Made by a program: the position numbers and the translations under genes. Below are positions 63,829-64,000 of a DNA stretch of 64,000 bases, in pieces (the stretch's first letter is position 1; the number at the start of each line of letters is the position of its first letter). The stretch comes from Dimorphilus gyrociliatus (Eukaryota; Animalia; Annelida), in contig CAJFCJ010000005.1 of assembly GCA_904063045.1 (NCBI GenBank), positions 1,255,988-1,319,987 of the forward strand. Direction: 5' to 3'. The notes under the pieces are model-generated. The model had not been told where the DNA came from, did not search any database, and saw only the letters and a program-made list of their open reading frames with translations.

Positions 63829-64000
63829 TTACTCGAGTTTTGGTTTTTCAATGCTTTCATCTTCAGTATCGGAATAGTCGCGAGGTTCCTGTCCAGGTTT
63901 CAACAGTCTTCCAACGAAAGGATATTTGTCATTAAACTGCTCTTCCCACTCTCGAACGGAATTCATTTGCATTTTGTTTAAGTCGCTTAAATCATCATAA
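63829..64000 (-). CDS. PGRMC1: Membrane-associated progesterone receptor component (PGRMC1/2), 3' end only
   Basis: YDDLSDLNKMQMNSVREWEEQFNDKYPFVGRLLKPGQEPRDYSDTEDE...* matches the conserved PGRMC C-terminus (YDDLSDL..WE.QF..KY..VG.LLK.GEEP..YSD). Runs off the window edge. Confidence 0.92.
   Translation of the reverse strand, partial: YDDLSDLNKMQMNSVREWEEQFNDKYPFVGRLLKPGQEPRDYSDTEDESIEKPKLE

Overview
AT-rich, very gene-dense animal genomic DNA: about 23 protein-coding loci in 64 kb, with most introns only 50-70 nt. MLRMamide-type myomodulin peptides plus this compaction point to a small-genome annelid (Dimorphilus-like). That taxon is an inference, not a database result. Order of loci: membrane-protein 3' fragment(+), myomodulin precursor(-), paraxis/scleraxis(-), snail(-), ANKRD10/37-like(+), amphiphysin(+), WDR37(+), SDR/RDH(-), unknown secreted Cx4C-repeat protein(+), ABCA3-like(+), TCERG1(-), orphan ORF(+), AGPAT(-), Vangl(-), ataxin-3(+), GLIPR2-like(+), OSBPL2-like(-), U2AF1(+), two tandem VWA3B-like genes(-), Shank(-), ZDHHC2/15/20(+), centrin(-), PGRMC 3' end(-). 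No rRNA, tRNA or CRISPR array was recognised. The most interesting signals are five. (1) A secreted precursor built from seven C-x4-C modules with a furin-type site. (2) A Snail whose SNAG has lost Pro2/Arg3 but now reads as an eh1 motif (FLIKRIL), followed by a WDR5-binding-like EEYIDVV. (3) Two VWA3B paralogues with a ~3.4 kb near-identical 5' block and strongly diverged 3' halves. (4) A Shank with no SH3 domain. (5) A duplicated GDGxxFP exon in ZDHHC. Exon boundaries were read by eye from GT/AG signals and reading frame, and have not been verified against transcripts.
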